Source: Chrysochromulina tobinii
Taxonomy: Eukaryota
Assembly: GCA_001275005.1 (NCBI GenBank)
Contig: JWZX01003271.1
Coordinates: 1-63,255, forward strand
Direction: 5' to 3'
DNA length: 63,255 nt
The translations under genes and the position numbers were made by a program. Position 1 is the first letter of the stretch, and each line of letters begins with the position of its first letter. Of this stretch, positions 12,201 to 18,874 are shown in pieces. The notes under the pieces were generated by a model. The model was not told the DNA's origin. It made no database searches and saw only the letters and a program-made list of their open reading frames with translations.

Positions 12201-14486
12201 CGACGAGAGGAAGCGGAAGGAACGGACGACGTTCCATCGGACGACAGCGACGATCACCGACGAGACACGGCACCTGATGCCACGCCTCAAGAGACCGGGA
12301 CCGGGGGGACGCAACTCGCACGGCGCAGGGGTACGTGGAATGGGAAACACTGGGCCAAGGAGGCATGGACCGGACCCGTCGCGGCCATGGAGTACGCGGC
12401 GGCGTGGCGCGAGGACCCCCCCGAGCGCCCACCGCGATCGACGGCGGCGGACGCCGCGCAGCGGAAGGCGCACCAAAGGTCCCTCGAAGGGAACCGGGAG
12501 GGCAACCGAAGAGCGGCGACCACGGCGATACGCGAAACCGCGCGACGTAGCGGCGGACTGTGGGGCGCCGCCGCAGACGCGGAGGCCGTGGACGACCAGA
12601 GACATGCCATAGCGCATCTTGCACACGCCGCGCGACAGTGGCACGCACGGGAACAGCCGGGACAGCGGCGGCGAGGAGGGACAGCGGCGACGCAAGCAGT
12701 CGCGGCGGCGGCAGATGCCCTGCAACGGAAACGGCCCGCAGCGGATACAGTGGACGCGGCCGCTCGCAAGCGGGCCATGCTCGACACCGCCCACATCATA
12801 GCCGCCACGAGGGCTCACCTCGAGCTCCCCGGTGACAACAGCGAGGCGCGGGCTCGACAGATGCTCCGACGTGCCACGGGGGGCTCCTCCGCGCCCATGG
12901 GGGGCCGCGGACTACAGGGCGCGGAGGTGCTCATGGAGACCGTGCTCGCAAGCCTGCCGGAAGTATCGGAAGCGGACGGTGAACTGTACCGCGAAGCGCC
13001 ACAAGCCGCGGGGATACTTGGAATACCGGATAGCGAGGCCCACACGACGATCTCCGAAGACGCGACGGAGAGGAGCGCCGTACGACGGATATCACTCGAC
13101 GTCGACATCTGGGTCGGAAACTTGCACGCGCAGGGTCGCGCAGCGCAGCGACCGGAGGGCGCGATAGACAGAAGGGTGGACCGGACGACGGCGTGCGGCA
13201 ACCCGTTCCTCATCGCCCCGAACAACGAACGCGAACGGAACGCCGCATGCAGAGCATACGCGGAACTGATCCATGGTGACCCGGAGAGTCCCGATGTCCG
13301 GAAACTCGCCACAGAATACGGCCTACGCGTCGACCTGAAGTTCGCCACACCAGAGGCGAAGCAGGCGCGGGACAACGCGCTCCGCCAACTCGAACGGGAC
13401 GTGCTGACCCTGCACCGGGGGACATCCATCCGCCTCATGTGCCACTGCGCCCCCAAACGGTGCCACGCGCACGCCATCGCAAGGGAGATCCGGCGGCGCC
13501 TCCGGACACGCGGCGTGGACATACACGTGGACGACGGGGGTTGGGAAGGACCACCAGAGGAACGCATGGACGCAGACATGCACGCGGACAATGAGGAGGC
13601 CGGAGAGATGACGGTCGACGGAACCGACGTCACCGCGGCGCGCCAAACAGACCCGGGGACACCGAGCCATACCCCCACCGACACAACGCGCGCCCCGAGG
13701 GCGCTCCCGGGAGACTGGGTGAGCCGCCTGTTCGACAAACTACTCGCTCACAAATACAACGGGCGCAACCAAAGGGCATACGAGGAATTCATGGCACAGA
13801 TGGCGACGAAGGCAGCGGGGACGGCGGCGTCCTCGGCAGAGACGGCGACGGAGGTTGCGACTTCGCGGGCGGGGGCGGACGGGGAAAGAGCGCGGGCGGC
13901 AGAGGACAGAGGGGCGGGGGCGGCGAATCGGAGGAAAGGTCCGGAGGCGTCGGAGAGGAAGAGGGCGGCGGTGACTAAGGCGGCGGCGGAGAGGGAGCAG
14001 AGAGCGAGGGAGGTAGCGGAGAGGGGGAAGGGGTCGGTGGAGATGGCGAGGGGGGCGGCGGAGGAGACGGCGAAGGGAACGGAGGTGCCGAGAGCGGGGA
14101 CGACGACGACGACGACGACGGCGACAAGGGAAGCGACGACGGCGCAGGTGCTAGCGGAGGCAGAGACGACGGCGGCGGCGGACGAGTGGGCACGTCCGCG
14201 CGACACATTAGAACCAGACGACAGCCACGAGAACGGAACAGCCCAAGCAACACGGCCGAAGACCGCGCACGGCGACAGGGACGACAACGAACGGGCGCAC
14301 GGACACGACGGCACAACCAGGGGACGGGATGACGGAACGGAGGACACGAGGGCGGAGCAGCGAGCGGGGGGGGACGGCGACACGACAGGCGGCGTCAAGA
14401 TTCGCGCGCCACGCGTCCGGAACGAAGAATACCGGGCAGCGAAGCGCCGTCGCAACGACAAGTACCAGGGGGGCAAGGCGACGTGA
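261..14486 (+). CDS. Retrotransposon polyprotein (open from the junction; first element Met at 615 gives ~4620 aa)
   Basis: ORF 78..14486. The 78-259 part is antisense TTLL sequence, so the annotated start is spurious. Confidence 0.85.
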   Translation, partial: GSGDGSAGTNDRGEDGGSGDEGEEGGCGGSNGNGRAGGGANITFGCASGRDGGGDYRYGGGGGDGSRSATGADDAGAGGRGTSANNGESDGGGDDRGRAKTPRRTEKRVGILRTLLTLMQLAAVEIGNPRTHRTPRRPSRPQADQHTGTPERAAARVAAPMAIWTEDGGSYRGDDRGIGGDGQGGRGADDSDQHDGDRGHGGGGWLATVIAQMLRHRQESRRRTSILNMVALNIALWHGAATWAARATMADVYAWAIRAPAHVLVLGTDPSGTRALERAVQAWRTATAQACDGEGALIITATRIGLNGPWQAIFAPKDADAHSLLRLVRQGVTLSRTEAIAQLAPVRHAVGTAPAITFIPRLAAAAPSGAGPSGNEPTMTANAKGKLPVRQSRDHPREGPADPTAGRRTASEVAWATRTMQEEGYTVTGGIRPQDARALARYVSTGTDDTEHAMRFDEAAIRAYIQEVGGGHADDAYTTAMLKRAFAEHVRLRRGVEYAHGLTRAYLTGGDTTADEPQHVWPFDGVQLRSDPGARRHHCEWAEGATGTVIRSAARGDWTVRLDGTGASYEVDVPGTAVHLLTARGYSAGDVAIAARVIGTDRTATGASESTHTHNAVLLLQRTHNNGGKDVATWTAYRGEDMATVTVSEADLRRAPWQARSRERPEDSPKGGEALVAMAQRAYAITGEWGEDAITHMRSAARGKGLAISDSEAKAALAEARRRWQGGHSCARMVTLNHGGIVMRLREATAATPGVRRMATASDSQDTAALSWEADARLWRTMHTLAANNDIVILQETHLPERDPEGLSSRVKQALTCGEFSGWNVAESPAPEDDTFAGILMWWNAATVELTGIEVLVPGRLQRARVRIRADGTELLVVNAYVPTRRGNPNARQAAVLESVRAHIQNAIDKADEDGDEIAIGGDLQAQSTDALDARKVTGSNEYNAWLDALCADNCLVSVGDDDPTYSAGAGGPQTTIDHWLVSSGLTSRSTAEVGAGADGLAGDTAGAHGHHSLQLSLALRTADAEEMEEEWERREPQVPPMDEDEWSVFHAKEEDTAREAVDTADNEHRKEVEHKGIGSFGLAARRLGAIEGALKGLVSDIQDLSSKTGPQQGTKIGRLHARMLRWRRWLRICDGSKYFPDTHPMFRTDNCADVLGDAPERDESVRSAIRSSTPGVPRRNALREACRRRFLHARDKYESAVTAGAVDTDRVRTRLLEDIRKAVEDGRDPRWECFRAVGRAKAALAGKRTAPRLDQPGMRTIKRTGATVAETGTGPVLHAIHDESVVMHQERGASAAGALIAQERMAAAGLPAPWPHTVHERREDAEVAAADEARAMHEERLRAAWAQWHADTAVAPDATYDPWEAIHTASYPPLVDALRKEMTILITNDGIDRGLQRFRARQGVGVGGFSGIWVARASDATRQRYATALRDIAADVLVAADALERARNPQERRVAVELIRAAAPPGWTQWIIMLLTKPGKALDVLSKRRDICLQPHSLKLCANAVASHYVELQEHVQPEANTGFRERGAATTTALWLGLTKEEAASERKGWYCGFVDKGGFFQSCVRRAQRVVEARFGVPTSVTNLIMAIHEALVVRYDSGMGITHGTESHVGNGQGDSIAPMRSMIPLAIETRAVEWLVAGFQFAAPRGVQRTRTPQGWFADDGAFVVDSLRALQQAFTVSSAMARVLGFTVGIDVDAKGVPTGDKTGWMGSEWRDGQWVEAGDAVTIRLIDGRAVPRVQGYYKHLGIRQTPKADWAVARQVVTHRCGGIASALSRLGVLTAEEFIDTVDAATTTVVAYYGAAFPIGRKACETIDVAKRRGLARMGHAGERTSRWLAHAPRPLGLGMAITWAHAAAALVVEVDRAINMPETAPAHVAVTSRLAKEFWRWGWRPSTGAQVPLAWNPTWIHDTLTEEGIIEAWQLYLQTAKVRTSSSTTGNGCADALAPNYRLPDDPLGADAPIWEREGRTYGRRLARLGGTLRRHFLADDGGWRSEKELGEYLGRGGRIVGGRRIGAKLTTAEAQEYRTLLQQLHPDENEWASDQRPGPRERPAEVHAVEVLSAGGNEYRGTEYLLEYNDGTVRWERRPRAMAPGLTRKMRAARAQHLEEGELTIAQHIEGRLGGTRGALWLATKAPLSVGARHVQDILAEAAKELGEGWFRPPIVAERTAARMGPGTGNAQGARLAATEAHAAAARADGATADGSETPGARAALAEKAEAAWAWAAVMDVYATSLEAPANERDARQQSVDRAYAEWIAASARAATGATAQAVIEWAQALPEHDMAADTNAEGAYAAAEADERSPAKRFRPSARPECFMGSVGPGGADGRKRRQPSLELSEAQRQAAGSLPQCMPIPEENDMEQDPRVAWDGTWRQCGMHVERVERMWNIAPRRLGWKLTSEQLTQIQRQHDAALVRKAATRRTHHTSDAHPIAGTLAEETPTAEHDSSAPAYGTNHRQRQMAEAMAAEERADDAADAALEDEWGMTDWSAAEIEAAERDAAATGSMDDDTRDGWDAIAAMEAYEDAETAAEAYLREDTAAPHGRERADGLTDAQQRHIATQRVLALERKQRREAEESQSNADALAAKTAEAEQEWRHRKAEALEARQAANARMLASEGARTLSWATNYQEASSKDMERNAAARRVDLARAAEQTARDACAHLTGETTRRLQKARAELARLKGTDGDEAGITDAERAALEQDEREDEALRETARQQAAAQVAAAQADRAKRASVAETADRLRAAREATTEALHAINGSEAHAKRRERQEGERAEEEARYAHVEYWDTLTPEQRAAILASPTLRLCVRHREMEQRESMRATDSRIDISMEPKERRNMDTAHTKRAAAIGLAIERRYGIRYAYAVDGSKDDAEAWGEHATGERAAAWGAWDGITAYGGALPPGTGNQEAELYAIERVLARHTRGDRILLMCDCQAALALIEAAWRSGRAGTGSPATGKTGGLLVEAIIRHRLRITSRERDDTPRGCVCFMWVKAHGGGVVPNAYADAIAKSCLTAEVDYATVDDPYRALPRACLYMAQPEPRDDTWEMGNRRFSCITADRSLRNLIIDGITRQVIAQLPRQSHAKCDERVVAAATCTGGRPAGATTGAGPKHGMTEPTGTGRAMRLRSDDLRQRHDECPLCKEQGPHEGVHVLRCAGIPPEHRDAAVTQMVAALAAAADSLPSGNRRAPAENTLQAWREAAHRAGQYGAVAALGQPPTGEETRAPQNAREWARSGWRRKGDLYELDLHSETEKADWRIAVWGAIAVRSAYASAAKAASAEHATAEVKQACEEATRRLEDGPLGSASRAAGDAAVDEHTDAPHITPRTDGGGIGAVRLRFTQLQPHHLAHTRDWTERRSWLPAARAKAGTTAWSAHAHRGFRSEGGAAGRKEEQAVAVDAQDAVYKIAAPAAWPWLVEYEMDGYEATRPDGTEGARTLTTLRLGHAEGANTVIVSTRYVRANGQRYQDGGNAITIETELMGDADGKGMRAMFWDIALGGHETTHGAQATVRRAAAAAASRCLGDADGTQWRALRCAMGGEIPPPTICERMEAIRARKAAGDAAATAAEARTRAALNDAQHEQDPTPAPTRITNGAERLRKAAAELGVHVDAPRQALRRAYLREALDAHPDKGGSDLAFQKLREAFQELEGATEEARQGAAQEIRDGHDTAERTRHDARQGTERAEARLSDVIAKARAAAAQCAEAEWVPTWKATAQHLRDAGGAFMLLWTRYQGCVIRHLNALAREVPGANYRTHGERQAAAAVVRRAEQRHARECAKQQAVDEMRRAEQRVLHERRKAAEAAADLLRRQGALAYAEAARLDGATLTQDYRVKLPWAMWPKEAESERYELYEIAEIDTECTYVVLERTGASYAERRRPIRKGARPHWNRFTVDWDCFTGVRRYGTNQRGVIIVHEDATEGTSAEDEGTDEEERQQQGLEARRAAHRAARLMGIARATDRDAAKLLHEEEQLGRGHTAAEDALRREEAEGTDDVPSDDSDDHRRDTAPDATPQETGTGGTQLARRRGTWNGKHWAKEAWTGPVAAMEYAAAWREDPPERPPRSTAADAAQRKAHQRSLEGNREGNRRAATTAIRETARRSGGLWGAAADAEAVDDQRHAIAHLAHAARQWHAREQPGQRRRGGTAATQAVAAAADALQRKRPAADTVDAAARKRAMLDTAHIIAATRAHLELPGDNSEARARQMLRRATGGSSAPMGGRGLQGAEVLMETVLASLPEVSEADGELYREAPQAAGILGIPDSEAHTTISEDATERSAVRRISLDVDIWVGNLHAQGRAAQRPEGAIDRRVDRTTACGNPFLIAPNNERERNAACRAYAELIHGDPESPDVRKLATEYGLRVDLKFATPEAKQARDNALRQLERDVLTLHRGTSIRLMCHCAPKRCHAHAIAREIRRRLRTRGVDIHVDDGGWEGPPEERMDADMHADNEEAGEMTVDGTDVTAARQTDPGTPSHTPTDTTRAPRALPGDWVSRLFDKLLAHKYNGRNQRAYEEFMAQMATKAAGTAASSAETATEVATSRAGADGERARAAEDRGAGAANRRKGPEASERKRAAVTKAAAEREQRAREVAERGKGSVEMARGAAEETAKGTEVPRAGTTTTTTTATREATTAQVLAEAETTAAADEWARPRDTLEPDDSHENGTAQATRPKTAHGDRDDNERAHGHDGTTRGRDDGTEDTRAEQRAGGDGDTTGGVKIRAPRVRNEEYRAAKRRRNDKYQGGKAT
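2455..3320 (+). other. APE-type (EEP) endonuclease domain of the polyprotein
   Basis: MVTLNHGG, DIVILQETHL, VVNAYVP, GGDLQA, PTY, TIDHWLVS, GHH occur in canonical EEP order. Confidence 0.85.
4440..5520 (+). other. Non-LTR reverse transcriptase domain
   Basis: LLTKPGK..RRDICL, NTGFR, FVDKGGFFQS, GNGQGDSIAP, WFADD (FADD at 5244-5255), YKHLGI. Confidence 0.92.
7458..7982 (+). other. Two RPA32C-binding-like helical motifs (7458-7523 and 7914-7982)
   Basis: LTSEQLTQIQRQHDAALVRKAA resembles UNG2 LSAEQLDRIQRNKAAALLRLAA. LTDAQQRHIATQRVLALERKQRR resembles the TIPIN/SMARCAL1 motif (L.EEQ...IE.N...AL.RR). Reference motifs recalled from memory. Confidence 0.6.
8835..9290 (+). other. RNase HI domain with intact catalytic residues
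   Basis: YAVDGS, NQEAELYAI, MCDCQAAL, WVKAH, NAYADAIAK (D-E-D-H-D). Confidence 0.9.
9669..9722 (+). other. LINE-type C-terminal CCHC zinc knuckle
   Basis: CPLCKEQGPHEGVHVLRC downstream of RNase H. Confidence 0.7.
11058..11201 (+). other. J-domain (DnaJ) within the polyprotein
   Basis: LGVHVDAPRQALRRAYLREALDAHPDKGGSDLAFQKLREAFQEL, with the HPD motif at 11136-11144. Confidence 0.88.
13107..13480 (+). other. DUF4326-like domain within the polyprotein
   Basis: VDRTTACGNPF...RNAACRAY...LMCHCAPKRCHAHAI matches the DUF4326 pattern (R...GNPF; L.C.C.P..CH...I). Confidence 0.8.
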
Positions 14487-15069
14487 GCCACAGGAGGACT
14501 GTTAGCGCCCGCACAACCAGGGCAATCCCAGGGCCCCCCCTACGAGTATAACGGCAGCCAAGATCGGCCTCTGGCTCCCTAAGCACGAGAGCAAAGACAA
14601 ATACGAGGACCAGGCAACATGTCCTACCAGGGGGGTAACGGCGATCGCGCAACCAGGCTAATCCGTGCGGGCTTCCTACGAGCGCACGAGGGGCGCCGAC
14701 CGGCCTCGCATCTTCAAGAACACGACAAGCGGTACGACGAGTACGAGGACGAGACGACGTGTACTACCGGGGGACTGATGGCGTTCGCGCAGTCAGGCTG
14801 ATCCCAGCGTGCTCCCCTACGAAGGCGACGGCGACACGGAACGGCCTCGAGCTCCACACGCACAAGCGGAACAACAAGCACGGGGACGAGACGACGTGTA
14901 CTACCGGGGGACTGATGGCGTTCGCGCAGTCAGGCTGATCCCAACGTGCTCCTTACCGCGGGGGCCGACGACTCGATACTACCGGGGGACTGGTAGCGCT
15001 AGCGCAGCCAGGCTGATCCCAGCGTGCTCCACTTACCACTACGAGACAAACGCGACGCCGATCCGCCCT
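14474..15069 (+). repeat. Degenerate tandem array in the element 3' UTR: 5 copies of a ~70-bp core, period ~137 bp
   Basis: Cores at ~14474, 14611, 14751, 14888 and 14966 (consensus gacgacgtgtactaccgggggactgatggcgttcgcgcagtcaggctgatcccagcgtgctcc). Confidence 0.9.
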
Positions 15070-15373
15070 CGGTTTTAAAAACAAAACAAACGCTCGCAGG
15101 TTTTTTCCTCCCCACTTCACTAAAAGCATATCAAGGCAAGGACGGGCCGCGCCTAGCAATAGGTTCCCAGAGCCTAAATGTAACCGGGTAACCGGGTTCG
15201 CAGTCTACTTAATTAGAATTTAATATTGAATTTCGGATCGTTACATCCACTGGCAGGGGCACATCCTCTCTAGGTGCCGGTTGGCGCTGGGGAGGATCGA
15301 CTGCAAAAGCCAACATTTGCACTCCGCATCATCGTCGGATCCATACCAGTGGTGACGACCCACAACGGGCCGT

Positions 15374-15919
15374 CTATAGCACCCAAACGTCGTTCCCCTT
15401 CTTCTGCTTGAACCCGCATGCAAGCAGCGCCTCCTGCGCAATCGCCAGGTCGACCGCCGCATAGGGCGCGCCGTTGACCACAAATACGGCCGCCTCTTTC
15501 AGACCGGGGAGCATGATTTTCACCGAGCCCTGCACCGGCAGGGTGTCGGTGAAGCCAAACACCCAGGGTAACATGTACACGATTGCTGTGGTAATCACGG
15601 ATGGATTGCCCAATACGTCGCCCTTGAGGTATGCGCGCGCTTTGGCACGGGCGATGGGTGCCATCATAGCTACTTCGTTATTGTACCCATACATTTCCTC
15701 GAGCTGGCCGTTGAAGAGCGATGCGCGTACCTTGACACCGTGACGGTCTTCAGCAGCTGCAAGTGCCATCGGCAACGTCTTGGCTGCCTTTGCTCCGCTC
15801 TTTGGCAGAGGCGCATTTGCCATCGGGGGCGCAAAGGGACCTAGCGGCCCAATGACGCCCAGGAAAATGGCTGCTATCGCCATGGCCAAATAGTCCCGGG
15901 TCCGGAGGGGCTCGGCCAT
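15374..15919 (-). CDS. Hypothetical 181-aa protein with N-terminal hydrophobic segment
   Basis: 3' part of ORF 15374..17365 from MAEPLRTRDYLAMAIAAIFLGVIG; the upstream part is antisense to the PRMT gene. Confidence 0.6.
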   Translation of the reverse strand: MAEPLRTRDYLAMAIAAIFLGVIGPLGPFAPPMANAPLPKSGAKAAKTLPMALAAAEDRHGVKVRASLFNGQLEEMYGYNNEVAMMAPIARAKARAYLKGDVLGNPSVITTAIVYMLPWVFGFTDTLPVQGSVKIMLPGLKEAAVFVVNGAPYAAVDLAIAQEALLACGFKQKKGNDVWVL

Positions 15920-16069
15920 TGTGAACCGAAGAGATCGGAGCTCGTCTCGCGACTCCGATTGTTCACACGCGTGTTGAAATCGAAACTCGCACTCAGCGCG
16001 CTGGCCGGGATGAAATTTGTTCTGTGTCATTGGGGCTTTTCGGCGAGTTGCGGAATTCGCGCTTGCAAC

Positions 16070-17121
16070 ATGAGCGACGTCGATCTTGTGGACTGCCAGC
16101 TCGCCGACCTCCTTCCCGACGCGACGATCGACGACTGCCTCGTGATCGCGCCTAACGACGAGGAGGATGCGGTACCGAGTGTCGCTGCCGCCGAGCGCGT
16201 ACTTGAGGCGCGTGGCGTCAACATGGACGGCAGCGGTGGCCTGGCGTGGGCGGAGGCAGCTGAGGGCGCCGTGGTCGCTCGCAAGTACCGCATGATGTCG
16301 GCGATGCTCAAGGACGGGCCACGCAATGCGGCATATGCCGCGGCCATCGAGGAGGCGGTGCGTACGCACCTCGCGCGGCATGGCGCGCCGCCGCTCGTTC
16401 TTGACATTGGCACCGGCTTTGGCCTGCTTGGCATGGTCGCAGCACGCGCGGGCGCGCTCGTCGTCGGCTGCGAGATGAACACGGCGGTTGCCGCAGTGTG
16501 CGAGCGCGTGGTCGAGCGCAATGGACTGGCTGCACGCATGCAGGTCCTCCCTCGGCGCTCCGACGAGCTCACGCCGCACGTTCTGGACGGGCGGCGATTT
16601 GACCTCATCGTGACCGAGACGCTCGATAGCGAGCTGCTGCGCGAGGGGATCGTGCCGACGCTCCGGCATGCACAGGCGGTGCTGCTCGCGCCGGGTGGCC
16701 GCATCGTGCCCGCGCGCGCTCACCTGTACTGCGAGCTCGTCGCCCTCGACGCCACCACAGCGCCGTGCCTTTCCACACTCAACTCGGAGGCCGTGCTCGA
16801 ATGGGAGACGCTCGCTCCCACCACGGCGTCCGAGCTGGCAGACGCGGTGGATGCGGCCGGCGTGACGGTCTATGCCGCGCCGCTGGCCGCCTTGGACGCC
16901 TTTTGCAACCCTGACGAGATGCACACGCCCCTTCGGGTGCAGGCTGATGCGTTGCGGGCGAGCGGCGCGCTGCGTTCGCTCGCGGGACCAGTCAAACTGC
17001 ACTCGATCGCGCTGGCACAAGCCGAGACGCTGCCGGAGCGGGTGGAGGTGCGGCGTGAGGTGCAGGTGCATGCCGCAGGCCGGGCGGAGGGTTTGCTCGT
17101 CTGGTGGAGCCTCGAGTGTAG

Positions 17122-17174
<53 letters not shown>

Positions 17175-17755
17175 GCGAGGGCGGCGGTAGCAATGGCGTC
17201 GGCACCGGCGCGCCTTGCGTGGCTTCCATCGGCCCCACCCCAGGTGCGCCGTGGCAAGACCACTGGCACGCATGCCTCTACCCTATAGGGGCGCCGGCAG
17301 AGCTCAGCGAGGGGATGTGTGTGGCACTCCTCTCCCGCCACATTGACGAGTTGCATGCAGTCCAACTTGAACGACCCTCCGGAGCCGAACCTACCGCCGC
17401 CGCCGCTGCCTGCGCCGCATCCTCTCCCGCCACCGATTCGGCTGCCGCGGAACCCTCCTCAAAGCGAGCGCGGGTGGCGGCTCGGGGGATGGCTCGGGGG
17501 ATGGCACGGCCGCGATTGGACTTGCGACTGGCGTACGCGCCCGCCGACGAGGCCGCTGCGCCCGGGGCCATGGAGCGCGTCTTCGCATTGTGCACTCGCT
17601 CACGCACCACTGCCCTGATGCATGAGCTGCGACGGGGCCTTGCACGCGCGCCGGCCGGCGCGGCCGCCGTCGACGTCAACGACGGCTCGCTGTGCGCATG
17701 CCTCCTCGCCGGCCTACTTCGAAGTGATGGCGGCGGCGGCGGCGGCGGCGTCTTA

Positions 17756-17791
<36 letters not shown>

Positions 17792-18667
17792 AGCGGCAGG
17801 AGCGGGGGCGGCGGCAGGAGTGGCAGAGCGGCACGCGTGGTGCTCAGCCTCGAGAACCTCGAGAGTTCCCCACACGTGGCGACACGCCTGTGGCGCCGCT
17901 TTGTCGAACGGCTAGTGGACACGCTGGGCGCGCCGTATGTTCACTTGACCGAGACACGTGCCGACCAGACCGTGCAGATGAGGGAGGCCATTATTCAGGC
18001 GCTCGCGGGTGCTGATGATTTGGGCGGCGCTGACAGTGAAGAGGGCGCTGACAGTGAAGGCGGCCTCATCGGGATGATCATGGCCGAACCCTATTATCAC
18101 TGCTGCGCCGGCCGCGCCTCCCTGAGCGCGCTCCTCTTCTACGCCCAAGTACGCGTCCTCCGCCCCCTCTGCCACCCAGAGGGCTGCGCGGTGGTGCCGC
18201 GGCGCGCGGTCCTTACGGCGGTGGGCATCCGCTTCGGCTCCCTCGGGCGTGCGCACGGACTCCTGGGCCGCGGGGTGTGCGGCCTCGACCACAGCGCCCT
18301 CGATGAAGCGTGGGCTAGCTGGCACCGCTCGCCGTACGTCTACCATTTATGGCAGTATGAGCATCAGGTCGTCTCGGCCACGCCGCTCGTGCTACTCACA
18401 CTCGACTATGAGGCCGCCGCCGCCGCCGGCGGGGCGTTGGGATGGGCAGCGGACGCCGTACCGGTGACGCACACAATGCATCTCCGGCCGGGGGCCACCG
18501 GCATCGATGCTGTCGCAGTCACTGTCGACTTTGGCCTCGGGCCTGCAGGAGACACTCCCCATGACGGGCACGAGGTCTTCTTCCTGCCACAGCGGCGCGA
18601 AGGCGACGCGCCGCTCATGATGTCCGCCACGGTGGAAGGCGGCGCGCTCAAGCTTGAGTTCTGCTAG
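16070..18667 (+). CDS. Protein arginine N-methyltransferase, PRMT7-like (active module plus degenerate second module)
   Basis: MLKDGPRNAAY, VLDIGTGFGLL, VGCEMN, IVTETLDSELLREG, WQDHW; second module with MAEPYY and LWQYE. Confidence 0.85.
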
Positions 18668-18874
18668 GCGCGTAGCAGTTTTGGTATATCCGTCTTGGAT
18701 TCTCCTTTACATGCCCGAACCCTGTGAGCTCGGCTGCGTCGCCGACGAAGCGTCGTTTTGGGCGGCCACGGCTTTCGAGTAAGTTTGAGTTTGAAGTGCG
18801 GAGGGTCGCAGCAACACACATGGACATCGGCACCCTCGCGCTGCCGGCGCCGGTGCCCTGCGGGCTCAGTCGCC

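Larger units (their letters stand above)
260..15091 (+). mobile_element. Giant (~14.8 kb) single-ORF non-LTR retrotransposon (APE-RT-RNase H-CCHC plus J-domain and DUF4326), possibly 5'-truncated
   Basis: Domain order and motifs of the ORF; T-poor sense strand throughout; repeat-rich 3' UTR ending in AAAAACAAAACAAAC at ~15077-15091. The 3' boundary is uncertain (it could extend to ~15240) and no TSD was found. Confidence 0.85.

Noticed and set aside
770..14491. Long antisense ORFs in the element (e.g. 2306..4003, 12815..13738) and similar ones opposite host genes
   Set aside because: Shadow ORFs expected from high GC codon bias; no recognisable motifs.
14768..14820. Hammerhead or HDV ribozyme, or U1 snRNA stem-loop IV (GGGGGACTG..GCGTTCGCGC)
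   Set aside because: CTGATG is not followed by A, stem II and GAAA; no HDV P3/L3 is present; there is no Sm site or other U1 sequence.
14474..15069. CRISPR-like repeat-spacer array
   Set aside because: The repeats are long and degenerate, the spacers share motifs (ctacga...cggcctc), no cas genes are present and the context is eukaryotic.
15179..15245. TGTAAC...GTTACA mini-LTR or MITE termini
   Set aside because: Only 6-7 bp inverted match, with no target-site duplication.
15374..15440. ACGFKQKKGNDVWVL as the missing TTLL N-terminal half
   Set aside because: Only a superficial resemblance. It ends in a stop followed by UTR-like DNA, and the rest of that protein is not TTLL-like.
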